A stretch of DNA of 61,794 nt, taken from an uncultured archaeon (lineage in GTDB: Archaea > Asgardarchaeota > Lokiarchaeia > Sigyniarchaeales > SOKP01). Position 1 is the stretch's first letter, and each line of letters starts with the position of its first letter. Positions 40,564 through 50,037 of this stretch are shown here, one piece after another. Both the position numbers and the translations under genes were made by a program. Below the pieces are notes generated by a model. It saw only the letters and a list, made by a program, of their open reading frames with translations. It was not told where the DNA came from and did not search any database. The stretch is taken from positions 1 through 61,794 of the forward strand of contig CAZWEM010000023.1 of NCBI GenBank assembly GCA_964632315.1, given 5' to 3'.

Positions 40564-42372
40564 ATGAAACCAAAAATCCAAAAAATAATAGATGCTGAAA
40601 AGATTGCTGCTGGTGAGGTTATAGAACGTCCAGCAAATATAATTAAAGAATTAGTAGAAAACAGCATTGATGCTAACGCTAATGAAATTAAAGTCATCGT
40701 AAAGGATGCTGGGAAGTCATTGATTCAAGTAATAGACAATGGCTCTGGCATTCCTCCAAATGAATTAGAAATTGCTTTTCATAGACATACGAGCAGTAAA
40801 ATAAGAACAATCGATGATTTATATCACCTCCTCACGTTGGGATTTAGAGGAGAGGCATTAGCGAGCATTTCTGCCATTAGTGAGGTAGAAATTACCTCTA
40901 AAGTGCAGGAAAATGTAAAAGGGCGGAAATTGACTCTTAAAGGGGGGAAGATAGTCGATGATAGAACTTTGTCATCTCCAATTGGTACAAATATTATAGT
41001 AAAGAATTTATTCTTTAATACGCCCGCAAGAAAAAAATTCCTTAAAAAGGATTCAACTGAACTTGGGCATATCACGGACATAATTCAAAGATATGCTCTT
41101 GCATATCCGGAAAAGCATTTTGTTTACTTGCATAATGATCTGAGCATTTTGAATTGTCCTTTGTCTAACGATTTGAAGACCACTGTTTTTCATATATATG
41201 GTAAAAAAATTGCGATGAATTCGTACGATTTGAATTTCGAGGAGGAGGGTTTAAAATTGAAAGGTTTACTTGGAAGCTCCAACAACGTAAAGAAAAATCG
41301 CTCTCATTCTAGCTTTTTCATTAATAAGAGATACATCATTAGTGATCTTCTTTATAGAGCAGTAAAAGATGCATATAAAGGGATTTTAATGATTGGGACC
41401 TTTCCTTTCTTTGTTTTGAATCTTGAGGTTGACCCTGCGATTGTAGATTTCAATGTTCATCCTAAAAAATTAGAAGTGAGATTTGAGGATGAAGAGTTCA
41501 TTTATAACAAGGTTTATTATATTGTTAGAAAATTTGTTGAAACTGAATTTATGAAAAAAGAAATTGATGGATCTTCTACAGATCTCAGTAATTTCATTAA
41601 AGTTCCAACTAAATCAAATACTCAACCAGGAATAACTGAAGATGAGCAAAAAAATGAAAATAATTCTAAAGATTGGGTACAATTAAAAATCTCAGATAAT
41701 ATTGGCGAAGAACTAAACTCTAATGAAAGCTTAATAAGAGAAAAACGCATTAAAGCCGCGAATTTCCCTAGTTTAAGATTAATTTCAAACACAGGTCAAC
41801 TAAGCAATAAGATATATATCGTTTTAGAGGGCACCAGTTTAAACGGAGAGAAAGGCATGTATATTTTAGACCAACATGCTGCTTCAGAACGAATAACAAA
41901 AGAATATTTCGAAAAATTATACAAATCCACAAAACAATATAAGCAAAAATTAATAAAACCATTAAAAATCGAAGTATCTCCTAGTGAAAAATATTTCTTA
42001 ATATCTGAAATTGAGCAAATCAAGAAATTGGGATTTTCCTTTGAACATTTTGGAGGAAATAGTTTCATTTTGCGTGAAATTCCAGTTATTATTAAGAAAG
42101 TTCCAGACGTTAATATAATAAATGAAATTGTGAGTGATATTACAGAGATCGGTAAAGATAAGAGTTTTTCAGCGGTGAAGGAGCAGATCATAAATTATTT
42201 GGCTTGTCACAAAAGTATTCGCGGGGGAGATAACTTAAAGCTACAAGATATTCGTGATCTTTTAACAGATTTATCTAAAATGAATGACCCTTATCATTGT
42301 GCTCATGGAAGACCTACTCTAAAGTTTATTTCGTTTAAAGAACTTGATAAGCTCTTCAAGCGAGTTGTTTAA
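40564..42372 (+). CDS. mutL: DNA mismatch repair endonuclease MutL (ATG 40564 preferred to TTG 40522)
   Basis: IAAGEVIERP, KELVENSIDA, GFRGEAL, DFNVHP, DQHAASER, ACH and CAHGRP. Confidence 0.97.
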   Translation: MKPKIQKIIDAEKIAAGEVIERPANIIKELVENSIDANANEIKVIVKDAGKSLIQVIDNGSGIPPNELEIAFHRHTSSKIRTIDDLYHLLTLGFRGEALASISAISEVEITSKVQENVKGRKLTLKGGKIVDDRTLSSPIGTNIIVKNLFFNTPARKKFLKKDSTELGHITDIIQRYALAYPEKHFVYLHNDLSILNCPLSNDLKTTVFHIYGKKIAMNSYDLNFEEEGLKLKGLLGSSNNVKKNRSHSSFFINKRYIISDLLYRAVKDAYKGILMIGTFPFFVLNLEVDPAIVDFNVHPKKLEVRFEDEEFIYNKVYYIVRKFVETEFMKKEIDGSSTDLSNFIKVPTKSNTQPGITEDEQKNENNSKDWVQLKISDNIGEELNSNESLIREKRIKAANFPSLRLISNTGQLSNKIYIVLEGTSLNGEKGMYILDQHAASERITKEYFEKLYKSTKQYKQKLIKPLKIEVSPSEKYFLISEIEQIKKLGFSFEHFGGNSFILREIPVIIKKVPDVNIINEIVSDITEIGKDKSFSAVKEQIINYLACHKSIRGGDNLKLQDIRDLLTDLSKMNDPYHCAHGRPTLKFISFKELDKLFKRVV

Positions 42373-42524
42373 CTAATGGACAAAATTATAAATAATTAGC
42401 ATACTAATATTCTGAGGATGACAAAATAAACAGATTCCTATGAGAATAGAACATTCCCAAAATTGAAGCCGACGATAAGAAACTAAAATACAATATCTTA
42501 TCCAGAATAGCAGATTTAGAGATT

Positions 42525-42977
42525 GTGGCTCGAATGGCTATGATGATTGGTAATTATGAAGAAGCGATTAGAAACTCTGAAAAGATAAAACTCTTGTCTA
42601 TTGTGGGGGATTTGTCTCACTATATAAATGCACAACAAGTATTCTTAAATGAAATTGCCTATAAAGTTCATAAGGAGTATACAACTAAGGAAATTAATGA
42701 TGTAGGAAATGGAATAAGAAAAATATATGAGATTTTAATAAAAGCTGAGAAAATAAAGGAAGCATATTATATTTTAGAAGAGTTTAAAGAAAAATATATT
42801 GACATCCCTTATTTTAATACATTTCCTTTGATTCAGGAAATACTTGATATGGATACCCGATTATGTATGAAATACCAACTATCGTTAGATGAGGGTGTAA
42901 ATAGTTCTGAAAAACAGGAGATTCATAATTTGGATGACGATATAGAAGAAATCAAGAAGTCTCTGATAAAAGTTTAA
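42525..42977 (+). CDS. hypothetical helical protein (start uncertain; frame open from 42450)
   Basis: TPR-like amphipathic helices; no recognised motif. Confidence 0.55.
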   Translation: MARMAMMIGNYEEAIRNSEKIKLLSIVGDLSHYINAQQVFLNEIAYKVHKEYTTKEINDVGNGIRKIYEILIKAEKIKEAYYILEEFKEKYIDIPYFNTFPLIQEILDMDTRLCMKYQLSLDEGVNSSEKQEIHNLDDDIEEIKKSLIKV

Positions 42978-42999
42978 AAATACTTAAATCAATAATATC

Positions 43000-43266
43000 T
43001 TATGCTTTAGAAAATGCTATTGCTTCGATCCCCTGTATTCCATCAGCTTTTCCAATTATTTCTTCCAAACGATCTGTCCCGCCCCATTCCTCAGGATACC
43101 TGATCCGAAGTCTTGATTTTTTAAGTCCAAATGCAACGGGCATTATATCATAGTGTTCTAAAGTACAAGTATCTGGAAGTAAAGTTTTTATGTTCCGAAC
43201 AAAATTCTCAAAATCGACATCAATATCCTCTGGTATTACATCTATTAAAGCCACAAATTCTCCCAT
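43000..43266 (-). CDS. ef1b: translation elongation factor 1-beta
   Basis: P...VD, PVAFGLK and GGTDRLE. Confidence 0.94.
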   Translation of the reverse strand: MGEFVALIDVIPEDIDVDFENFVRNIKTLLPDTCTLEHYDIMPVAFGLKKSRLRIRYPEEWGGTDRLEEIIGKADGIQGIEAIAFSKA

Positions 43267-43299
43267 AAAATCTCCTCATTATATTTTGTTGCAATTTTT

Positions 43300-43476
43300 T
43301 TATGGTCCCTCAAATTCGCACTTCAAACATTTGTAAGTATTTCCCATAATTCGACATCGCTCACATCGCCAAATAGTGACATCTCCACATTGTGGACAAG
43401 GAAACTTAACTGCGTTTTCATAAGGGGTTATTGGTTTACTACATGAGAAGCATATTTGCTTTTTAAAACTTGACAT
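43300..43476 (-). CDS. HVO_2753/DUF1610-type double zinc-ribbon small protein (58 aa, absent from the ORF track)
   Basis: Translated by hand: MSSFKKQICFSCSKPITPYENAVKFPCPQCGDVTIWRCERCRIMGNTYKCLKCEFEGP; this family is conserved directly upstream of EF-1beta in archaea. Confidence 0.92.
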   Translation of the reverse strand: MSSFKKQICFSCSKPITPYENAVKFPCPQCGDVTIWRCERCRIMGNTYKCLKCEFEGP

Positions 43477-43648
43477 GATAGCTAAATTTGTTTATCTACA
43501 ATGGATAATCAAATGCCCTATAGCTTTAATTGTTTTCGGTTCTAGTATATATAAGGTTAAAATGTAGATTTAAGAAAAAACTTAATTAAATTTTAAATTT
43601 ATAAACAACATAATGTATTTATAACTCAATACAAAAAAATGGTTACAA

Positions 43649-44176
43649 ATGCCAGAAAATAAAGTAAAGAAATATTTCTCTCTTATAGAGGCGTGGGCGT
43701 GGTGTGATATTTGTAAAGAAATGGTATCTCTTAGATTAGATAAAAAAGAAATCATTGATGGTTTGAAAATGGGGATATATACTAAAGAATTCAAGCATTC
43801 AAACCCATATCCAGATTTAGATGACACAGATGATACTTCCGGCCAAGAACACACCATTTATATCTATATCAATGATAATTATGATATTACTGGCGTTAAA
43901 TCATTTTTTGGGGACTCCCCAAGAATGGCAGACATAGGTGGAGAAGCAGGAGGGGAAGTGTTCATTCCTATAGTAGTTAAAGATGTACCTGAAATGAGCG
44001 TGCATCTAGGCATGTTGACAATGGAAGAATACAAATTATTAAAAGTATGTGATGGTATGTGTACTGTTGATGATGTTTCTCAAATTGTTCAGAAATCTAA
44101 AGAAGAAGTAAATGAAATGCTAGATAGGATGAGAAAAAAAGGGTTAGTAAAAGTTATAAAAAGAACAAATGCATAA
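43649..44176 (+). CDS. hypothetical protein with N-terminal CxxC/His domain and C-terminal winged helix
   Basis: WCDIC...H...EH; C-terminal LLKVCDGMCTVDDVSQIV...LDRMRKKGLVKV wHTH. Confidence 0.7.
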   Translation: MPENKVKKYFSLIEAWAWCDICKEMVSLRLDKKEIIDGLKMGIYTKEFKHSNPYPDLDDTDDTSGQEHTIYIYINDNYDITGVKSFFGDSPRMADIGGEAGGEVFIPIVVKDVPEMSVHLGMLTMEEYKLLKVCDGMCTVDDVSQIVQKSKEEVNEMLDRMRKKGLVKVIKRTNA

Positions 44177-44264
44177 ATTTCTATTCTAATTTTGTAAATT
44201 TTATTTGAGATTATTATTTCTTATTAAATAATGGTATTACAAAATATCAAATTAATTATTTTAG

Positions 44265-44711
44265 GTGTCTTATACGTCTAAAGAGGATTTTGATAAGTTT
44301 GTGGATGAGTTACAAAAGGAAATTGTAAATAATGAAATTAAAGATTTTAATGAATATATCGTTGAATTATTTCATCACCCAAGAAACTGGGGCAAACCAC
44401 CATTAGAAGATGTGTCAGTATCGGAAAAATATCAAGGACCTTGTGGAGATACAATGGAATTCTTTTTAAAAATAAAAGATGATTATATTCAAAAAGCGAA
44501 CTTTTATACTGATGGGTGTGGAGCTACTGTAGCTGCTGGGAGTCAAATGACACTTTTAGTAGAAGGAAAAACCTTAGATTTTGTTAAAACTATCCAACCA
44601 AGAGATTTAGATAATGCTTTAAAAGGTTTACCAGGAGATCATAAACATTGTGCAGAGTTAAGTGTTAATGCCATTAAAAAAGCTATTGAAAAATATAAAC
44701 TGAAAGTATAG
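44265..44711 (+). CDS. iscU: IscU/NifU-like Fe-S scaffold protein
   Basis: HPRNWG, GPCGD, DGCGA and HCAEL. Confidence 0.92.
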   Translation: MSYTSKEDFDKFVDELQKEIVNNEIKDFNEYIVELFHHPRNWGKPPLEDVSVSEKYQGPCGDTMEFFLKIKDDYIQKANFYTDGCGATVAAGSQMTLLVEGKTLDFVKTIQPRDLDNALKGLPGDHKHCAELSVNAIKKAIEKYKLKV

Positions 44712-44728
44712 AAAGAGTTTAATGGAAA

Positions 44729-45085
44729 CTAAATCTGAACCAGAATTTCCCTTATTATATATTCAGAAGTAATACCATCCATTATTCCGTTTTTAAGAAA
44801 TCGAAAATTATTAATTTCAATGTTCTTCTCTATGAGTTCTCCGTTTCTAAAAAAGATTAATAATGGGACTGTTGAAACCTTTAATATCTGAGATAATTGA
44901 GGGTAAGTGTCTATGTCTATAATAATGAATTTAAACAAGTCTTGTTTTTCAAGTTTTTTAAGAACTAATTCTAATTTTCTACAGGAATTACACCATCTTG
45001 AACTTACTTGTATTATTACTAATCCATTCTTAGGGCAAGTTATTCCAATCTTTTTTAATTCATCAATGTTCAATTTTCTTTCCAT
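44729..45085 (-). CDS. thioredoxin family protein
   Basis: WCNSC active site; IDID and VPLLIFFRNG. Confidence 0.85.
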   Translation of the reverse strand: MERKLNIDELKKIGITCPKNGLVIIQVSSRWCNSCRKLELVLKKLEKQDLFKFIIIDIDTYPQLSQILKVSTVPLLIFFRNGELIEKNIEINNFRFLKNGIMDGITSEYIIREILVQI

Positions 45086-45118
45086 CCTATAAGGATTTAA
45101 AAAAATTTAAAAAAAAAA

Positions 45119-45478
45119 TTATTCTTCTTTTTCCATATCTTCAATTCTTTTTGATATGTCGCTTAATGCGCTTTTTATTCCTTCCATTTCAGATTCTAAA
45201 TAGTCCTTTTCTTGTTTTAACATTGTGATTTGATCTGTTTTCGCTATAGGACTTACTGGAACATATCTGGGAGGGTTTAATGCATAGGGTTCATAATACG
45301 GATCTCTATACCCTCCCCATCTCCCATATCCTCGACCTCGACCACGCCCCCAGCCACGACCCAAACCCATGCCATAACCTCTTGTGTAACCAGGAGTGGG
45401 GTATCCAGCACAATATCCAAGACCTCTTCCTGTCATTGGACCTCTTCCAGCAGGTCCTGTTCTATCTCCACCAGGCAT
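45119..45478 (-). CDS. DUF5320 family protein
   Basis: MPGGDRTGPAGRGPMTGRGLGYC start, RG-rich middle and C-terminal coiled coil. Confidence 0.92.
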   Translation of the reverse strand: MPGGDRTGPAGRGPMTGRGLGYCAGYPTPGYTRGYGMGLGRGWGRGRGRGYGRWGGYRDPYYEPYALNPPRYVPVSPIAKTDQITMLKQEKDYLESEMEGIKSALSDISKRIEDMEKEE

Positions 45479-45516
45479 TTTTTTATATCATCTCCATTTT
45501 ATTGATTTATTTTAAA

Positions 45517-45534
45517 TATGAATAATTATTCATA
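45517..45534. promoter_or_regulatory. perfect 18-bp palindrome TATGAATAATTATTCATA (putative operator)
   Basis: Self-reverse-complementary; about 40 bp upstream of the DUF5320 start; partial copy GAATAATTATT at 45580-45590. Confidence 0.6.
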
Positions 45535-45597
45535 AAATGAATATGAAATAAACTATTTAAATATTAAGAATAATAATTCGAATAATTATTAGTATAT

Positions 45598-46242
45598 TTA
45601 TGAAAGAATAATTTTTTTTCCTTCTTGATAACCAAGTCTTAATGCTTTGATGTTTAAATCTGCATCTCTTAACCATTCTTTAATGACTTCTTCATAATGC
45701 TCAATTTCAATGAATGGTAGTTTTCCAGTGGGTAATGCAAAGCCAAGCATAAAAATATTTAGTTGTTGATTTGTTTGAAATTGCTTTAAACATAATTCAG
45801 TAGCATTAATAGAATAGACTTTCTTGGAATATGAATTTAAAATTTCAAGTATTTTGTTTAGTGGTGGATATACTTCTAAATCCGCAGTGATCATTACTCC
45901 TGGGATGGTCCGGTTATTTAATACAAACGATGTCTTATTTGAGGCAAAAATCCCACGCCTTAAGGATTCAACTGGTTCAAGACAAATATAAAGATCAGCA
46001 TCTCCATAGCATATTAATGGAGATTGCAAGTTCTTTCGTTCGTTTTCAAATACTTTCTTTTGATATCTTATATGACTTGAAATTGCACCTTCTCGTTGGG
46101 CTAAACCATGCATTTCAGAGCCAAAATTTCTTTCAATTCCCGCTTTTTGAGAAGCAAATTCTATCAATCTTTTCAATGTAATTACACCTTGACCCGCTGT
46201 TCCAGCGATCACGACGTTAATGATATCTGTTTCTCTAAACAT
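45598..46242 (-). CDS. iorB: indolepyruvate:ferredoxin oxidoreductase beta subunit
   Basis: GTAGQGV, EMHGLAQREG and LEPVESLR. Confidence 0.92.
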   Translation of the reverse strand: MFRETDIINVVIAGTAGQGVITLKRLIEFASQKAGIERNFGSEMHGLAQREGAISSHIRYQKKVFENERKNLQSPLICYGDADLYICLEPVESLRRGIFASNKTSFVLNNRTIPGVMITADLEVYPPLNKILEILNSYSKKVYSINATELCLKQFQTNQQLNIFMLGFALPTGKLPFIEIEHYEEVIKEWLRDADLNIKALRLGYQEGKKIILS

Positions 46243-48190
46243 TTCGGAAAGGAACCTCCTCTTCTAACAAATTTATTGTTGATTTATGAATTGCACCATT
46301 TGGACAGATATGATAACAAACTCCGCATTTTATACATCGATCCTCATCAATTTGCATAGTTTCATATCCTTCCACTTCCACTCTTCTAATAGCTGGACAA
46401 CTTAAAATCCTACTACATTCATGACACATCTGACATCCAGTAATTTGATAAATTACTTCTTGTACTTTTCTTCCTTGATTACGAATGTATCGTATTTGAT
46501 CCATTCTATGCCTATGTGCTTGCAAACCACATTCTCTTTTTACGATAATTACTTTTAATCCTTTTGTATCTAAAGCTTCCTTAATCGTTCTGGTCAATTT
46601 TTTAGGATCATAAGAATCTTCCACGCGTAACCAAGGTACACCTAGTGCCCTGCAAACTTTTTCAATTGAAAAGTCCTTATTAATTAAATATCTAAGTACA
46701 TCGTTTTGGTGACCTGTCATGGCAGTCCAAGAATTGTCGAATATAATAAGCAAAACATTTGAATCGTAACCTATTGCTTCTGCCAATGGAGATAACCCAG
46801 TATGAAAAAAAGTGGAATCACCAATCATTGCGAGGACTTTTTGTTCTGTTTTTGTAGACATTCCTATTGCTGCACTTAAGCCTCCTGACATGCATATAAT
46901 TAAGTCGCTACATTGCTGTGGAGGGAAAAAAGACATAACATAACACCCAATGTCACCACAAACTACTGTGTTTTCTAATTGATTCGTTGCTTTTAGAATG
47001 GAATATAATGTAGCACGTTCAGGGCAACCAGCACAGAATGTTGGAAATCTACTAGGTATAATCTTTTTATAGGAATTAAAAGATTTTATAGCATCTTGCA
47101 TCGTTTTTTTTGGAGAGACTCCATAAATTGTAGCAAGTTTATCTGCTACCAATCCAGTAGAAAATTCATTTGATTTCGGAAAGTACTTACTGCCTAATAC
47201 TTCGAGGCTAAATCTATTAAAATGCGCAATTTCAGAAACTTTTGTTTCTAAAAATGGTTCTAATTCTTCGATGACTATTACTTTATCCAAATTTTGAATG
47301 AAGTCCGTAATTTCTTTATAATCTAGAGGGTAGATCATTCCTAATTTTAGAATAGGAACGTTATAGAGATTCAATTGGTTTAAAGCTTCCATTGTGTATC
47401 CAAAAGGCATTCCACTAGTAATTATTCCGATCTTATTATCTCCATCGTATACCTTGTTCAAATTTAATCCTGGAATTGCACTTCTTAACCTTTCAATTCG
47501 TTCATAAAGTCTGATATGATTGTTAATAGCATGAGGGGGCAAAGAATTAAATTTTGGTATGTTTCTGATGAATTCCCCTTTAATTTTACCTTTTTTAAGG
47601 GGATCAAGATTAACGTAACCTCTTGAATGTGCACTTCTTGTTGAGGTTCGCAAGTTTATAACAAGATCATATTCTTCAGATAATTCAAAAGCTAATTTAG
47701 TCCAATCCTTGCATTCTTGGGGAGTGTGTGGCTCAATTGTAGGTAAATGAAGCATCCAAGCATAAAATCGCTCATTTTGTTCTTGATGTGAACCTAATGA
47801 CCCAGGATCTGAACCAACTCCTATAACCATACCACCCGGGTTAGGACCATTTAGTGCGATTACGCTTAGAGCGTCCGATGCCACATTCAATCCGACATGC
47901 TTCATAGGGTTAAAGGATCTACAGCCCGTCCAAGCTGCTCCAGCACAGGACGAGGTTGCCACGGCTTCATTAACAGCCCATTGATGCACTAAGTATTCTC
48001 CTATTTCTGGATTTCCTCGTATAATTTGATGAAAATATTCACCAATATCGCTTGTAGGGGTTCCAGGATATTGAGAGACATATGAAACTCCAGCTTCCAA
48101 GCAGCCTCTCACGATTGCCTCATTTCCAAGCATCAATACTTTTCCTGATTCTTTAACGAACCTTGTATCTTTTTCCAATGAAAGCTTCAC
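46235..48190 (-). CDS. iorA: indolepyruvate:ferredoxin oxidoreductase alpha subunit
   Basis: LGNEAIVRG, YPGTP, MKHVGLNVA, FCAGCP, GDIGC, GDSTFFH and C-terminal ferredoxin. Confidence 0.95.
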   Translation of the reverse strand: MKLSLEKDTRFVKESGKVLMLGNEAIVRGCLEAGVSYVSQYPGTPTSDIGEYFHQIIRGNPEIGEYLVHQWAVNEAVATSSCAGAAWTGCRSFNPMKHVGLNVASDALSVIALNGPNPGGMVIGVGSDPGSLGSHQEQNERFYAWMLHLPTIEPHTPQECKDWTKLAFELSEEYDLVINLRTSTRSAHSRGYVNLDPLKKGKIKGEFIRNIPKFNSLPPHAINNHIRLYERIERLRSAIPGLNLNKVYDGDNKIGIITSGMPFGYTMEALNQLNLYNVPILKLGMIYPLDYKEITDFIQNLDKVIVIEELEPFLETKVSEIAHFNRFSLEVLGSKYFPKSNEFSTGLVADKLATIYGVSPKKTMQDAIKSFNSYKKIIPSRFPTFCAGCPERATLYSILKATNQLENTVVCGDIGCYVMSFFPPQQCSDLIICMSGGLSAAIGMSTKTEQKVLAMIGDSTFFHTGLSPLAEAIGYDSNVLLIIFDNSWTAMTGHQNDVLRYLINKDFSIEKVCRALGVPWLRVEDSYDPKKLTRTIKEALDTKGLKVIIVKRECGLQAHRHRMDQIRYIRNQGRKVQEVIYQITGCQMCHECSRILSCPAIRRVEVEGYETMQIDEDRCIKCGVCYHICPNGAIHKSTINLLEEEVPFRNV

Positions 48191-48361
48191 TTGGTTTTAA
48201 TTCATTTATAGATAGATCTATGAAAAATAGATTTACCAAAAAAATCTTATGCTTAACACAAAAAAGATATTCAAGATAAAATCTATTGTCTGTTTTTGGT
48301 ATCAAAGAAGTCTCTTATGAAAGAAAAATAAATAATATAATGAATCATATTAGATTTTAAT

Positions 48362-50002
48362 ATGTCTGATCAAAAGGTATATTATAAAAATTGGCCAGAA
48401 GAGATACCGAAAGAAGTAAATATCCCAGATATCACGCTTGTAGACTCCCTCGAGAACACAGCTAGGAAATTTCCTAATAATATTGCAACTTATTTTATGG
48501 GATTTGAACTTACCTACTCTCAGTTATTAGATGTTGTATATAGAGCTGCAACAAAACTACATGAGCTCGGGATAAGGAAAGGAGATTGTGTTGCAATTCA
48601 ATATACAAATAACCCTGCTTTTATTGCCTATTTCTATGGAATTTTAAAGTTGGGGGCAGTTGTAACATCTCTATCTCCATTATTCAAAAGCCTCGAAGCA
48701 AAGAGGCAGTTAAATGACAGTGAAGCTCGAATATATTTGGGCTGGGAAGGCTTTTCTGGAATTATAGATCCTATCATTGAAGAAACGACAGTGGAACATT
48801 ATTTTTATACTAATTTAGCACCATACCTATCTCCGGATCCTATGGCACCTCCAGAATTTGAAATGGGAGGTCCTGCAACCTTTGAAGATATTCTTAGGAA
48901 TACCAGCCCAAACCCTCCTAAAGTGATAATAGATCCTGATGATCTAGCAATGTTACAATATACAGGGGGCACTACAGGTTTTCCTAAAGGCGCGATGTTA
49001 ACACATAGAAACATAATATCAAATTGCCAACAAGTTGGTTCGTGGATGGTTGGAACTAAGGAAGGTGAAGAAGTCCTTCTAGGAGCATTACCTTTTTATC
49101 ATATCTATCTGGTTACTGGTATGAATATTGCTATAAATAAGGGTTGGAAGATTGCTTGCGTTTTCAATCCTCGAGAAGCTCATGAGGTGATTGAAGTAAT
49201 TGAAAACTCTAAGGCATCAATTTTTCCAGGAATTGCAACCCTATTTAACAATTTAAATAACTATGAGCACGTTACAGATCACGATTTGTCAAGCATAAAA
49301 TATTGCTTGAGTGGAGCTGCTCCATTGCCTGAAGATGTAAGGATAAAGTTCGAAGAAGTAAGCGGTGCGAAAGTAAGAGAAGCATATGGACTAACTGAAA
49401 TGTCCCCTGCTACTACGGCAAATCCATTTGTCGGTATGACGAAACCCGGTACTGTTGGAATTCCTTTTCCGAATACGGAAGTAAAAATATGTGATAATAA
49501 CGGCATTATTTTGGGGATTGGCGAGGTAGGAGAATTAGTAGTAAGAGGGCCCCAGATGATGAAAGGATATTATAAAAGAGAGAATGAAACCAGGGATACA
49601 ATTCGAGATGGGTGGCTATGGACAGGAGACCTTGCGGTAATGGATAAGGATGGATATATTACTATTAAAGAAAGAATAAAGAACATGATTAAATATAAGG
49701 GTCATGGAGTGTATCCATTGGAAGTGGAGGATTTACTTTATAACAATAAGGCTATCCTTGAAGCCGGAGTAATTGGAGTTCCAGATCCAGAAGTTGGAGA
49801 AAATATAAAAGCATTTATTGTTTTGAAGGAGGAATACAAAGGAAAAGTAAGTAGTGATGAGATTATTGAATGGTCAAAAAAAAATATGGGATACGATAAA
49901 TATCCCCGAATAATTGAGTTTATTGACGAGATCCCCAAGACCACTGTTGGAAAAGTGTATCATCTTGAATTAAGAAAAATGGAAAATGAACGAATACAAT
50001 AA
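48362..50002 (+). CDS. fadD: long-chain fatty acid--CoA ligase
   Basis: YTGGTTGFPKG, YGLTE, GELVVRGPQMMKGY and TGDL. Confidence 0.92.
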   Translation: MSDQKVYYKNWPEEIPKEVNIPDITLVDSLENTARKFPNNIATYFMGFELTYSQLLDVVYRAATKLHELGIRKGDCVAIQYTNNPAFIAYFYGILKLGAVVTSLSPLFKSLEAKRQLNDSEARIYLGWEGFSGIIDPIIEETTVEHYFYTNLAPYLSPDPMAPPEFEMGGPATFEDILRNTSPNPPKVIIDPDDLAMLQYTGGTTGFPKGAMLTHRNIISNCQQVGSWMVGTKEGEEVLLGALPFYHIYLVTGMNIAINKGWKIACVFNPREAHEVIEVIENSKASIFPGIATLFNNLNNYEHVTDHDLSSIKYCLSGAAPLPEDVRIKFEEVSGAKVREAYGLTEMSPATTANPFVGMTKPGTVGIPFPNTEVKICDNNGIILGIGEVGELVVRGPQMMKGYYKRENETRDTIRDGWLWTGDLAVMDKDGYITIKERIKNMIKYKGHGVYPLEVEDLLYNNKAILEAGVIGVPDPEVGENIKAFIVLKEEYKGKVSSDEIIEWSKKNMGYDKYPRIIEFIDEIPKTTVGKVYHLELRKMENERIQ

Positions 50003-50037
50003 GTTATCATCAAGCATTCTTTTTTTTTTAAAAATCC

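Noticed and set aside
42440-42525. Possible frameshift joining ATG 42440 to the 42525 ORF
   Set aside because: The upstream ORF is only 8 codons and there is no homology evidence; an alternative start explains it equally well
45290-45440. GC-richer repetitive stretch
   Set aside because: Explained by the Gly/Arg-rich coding sequence normal for DUF5320
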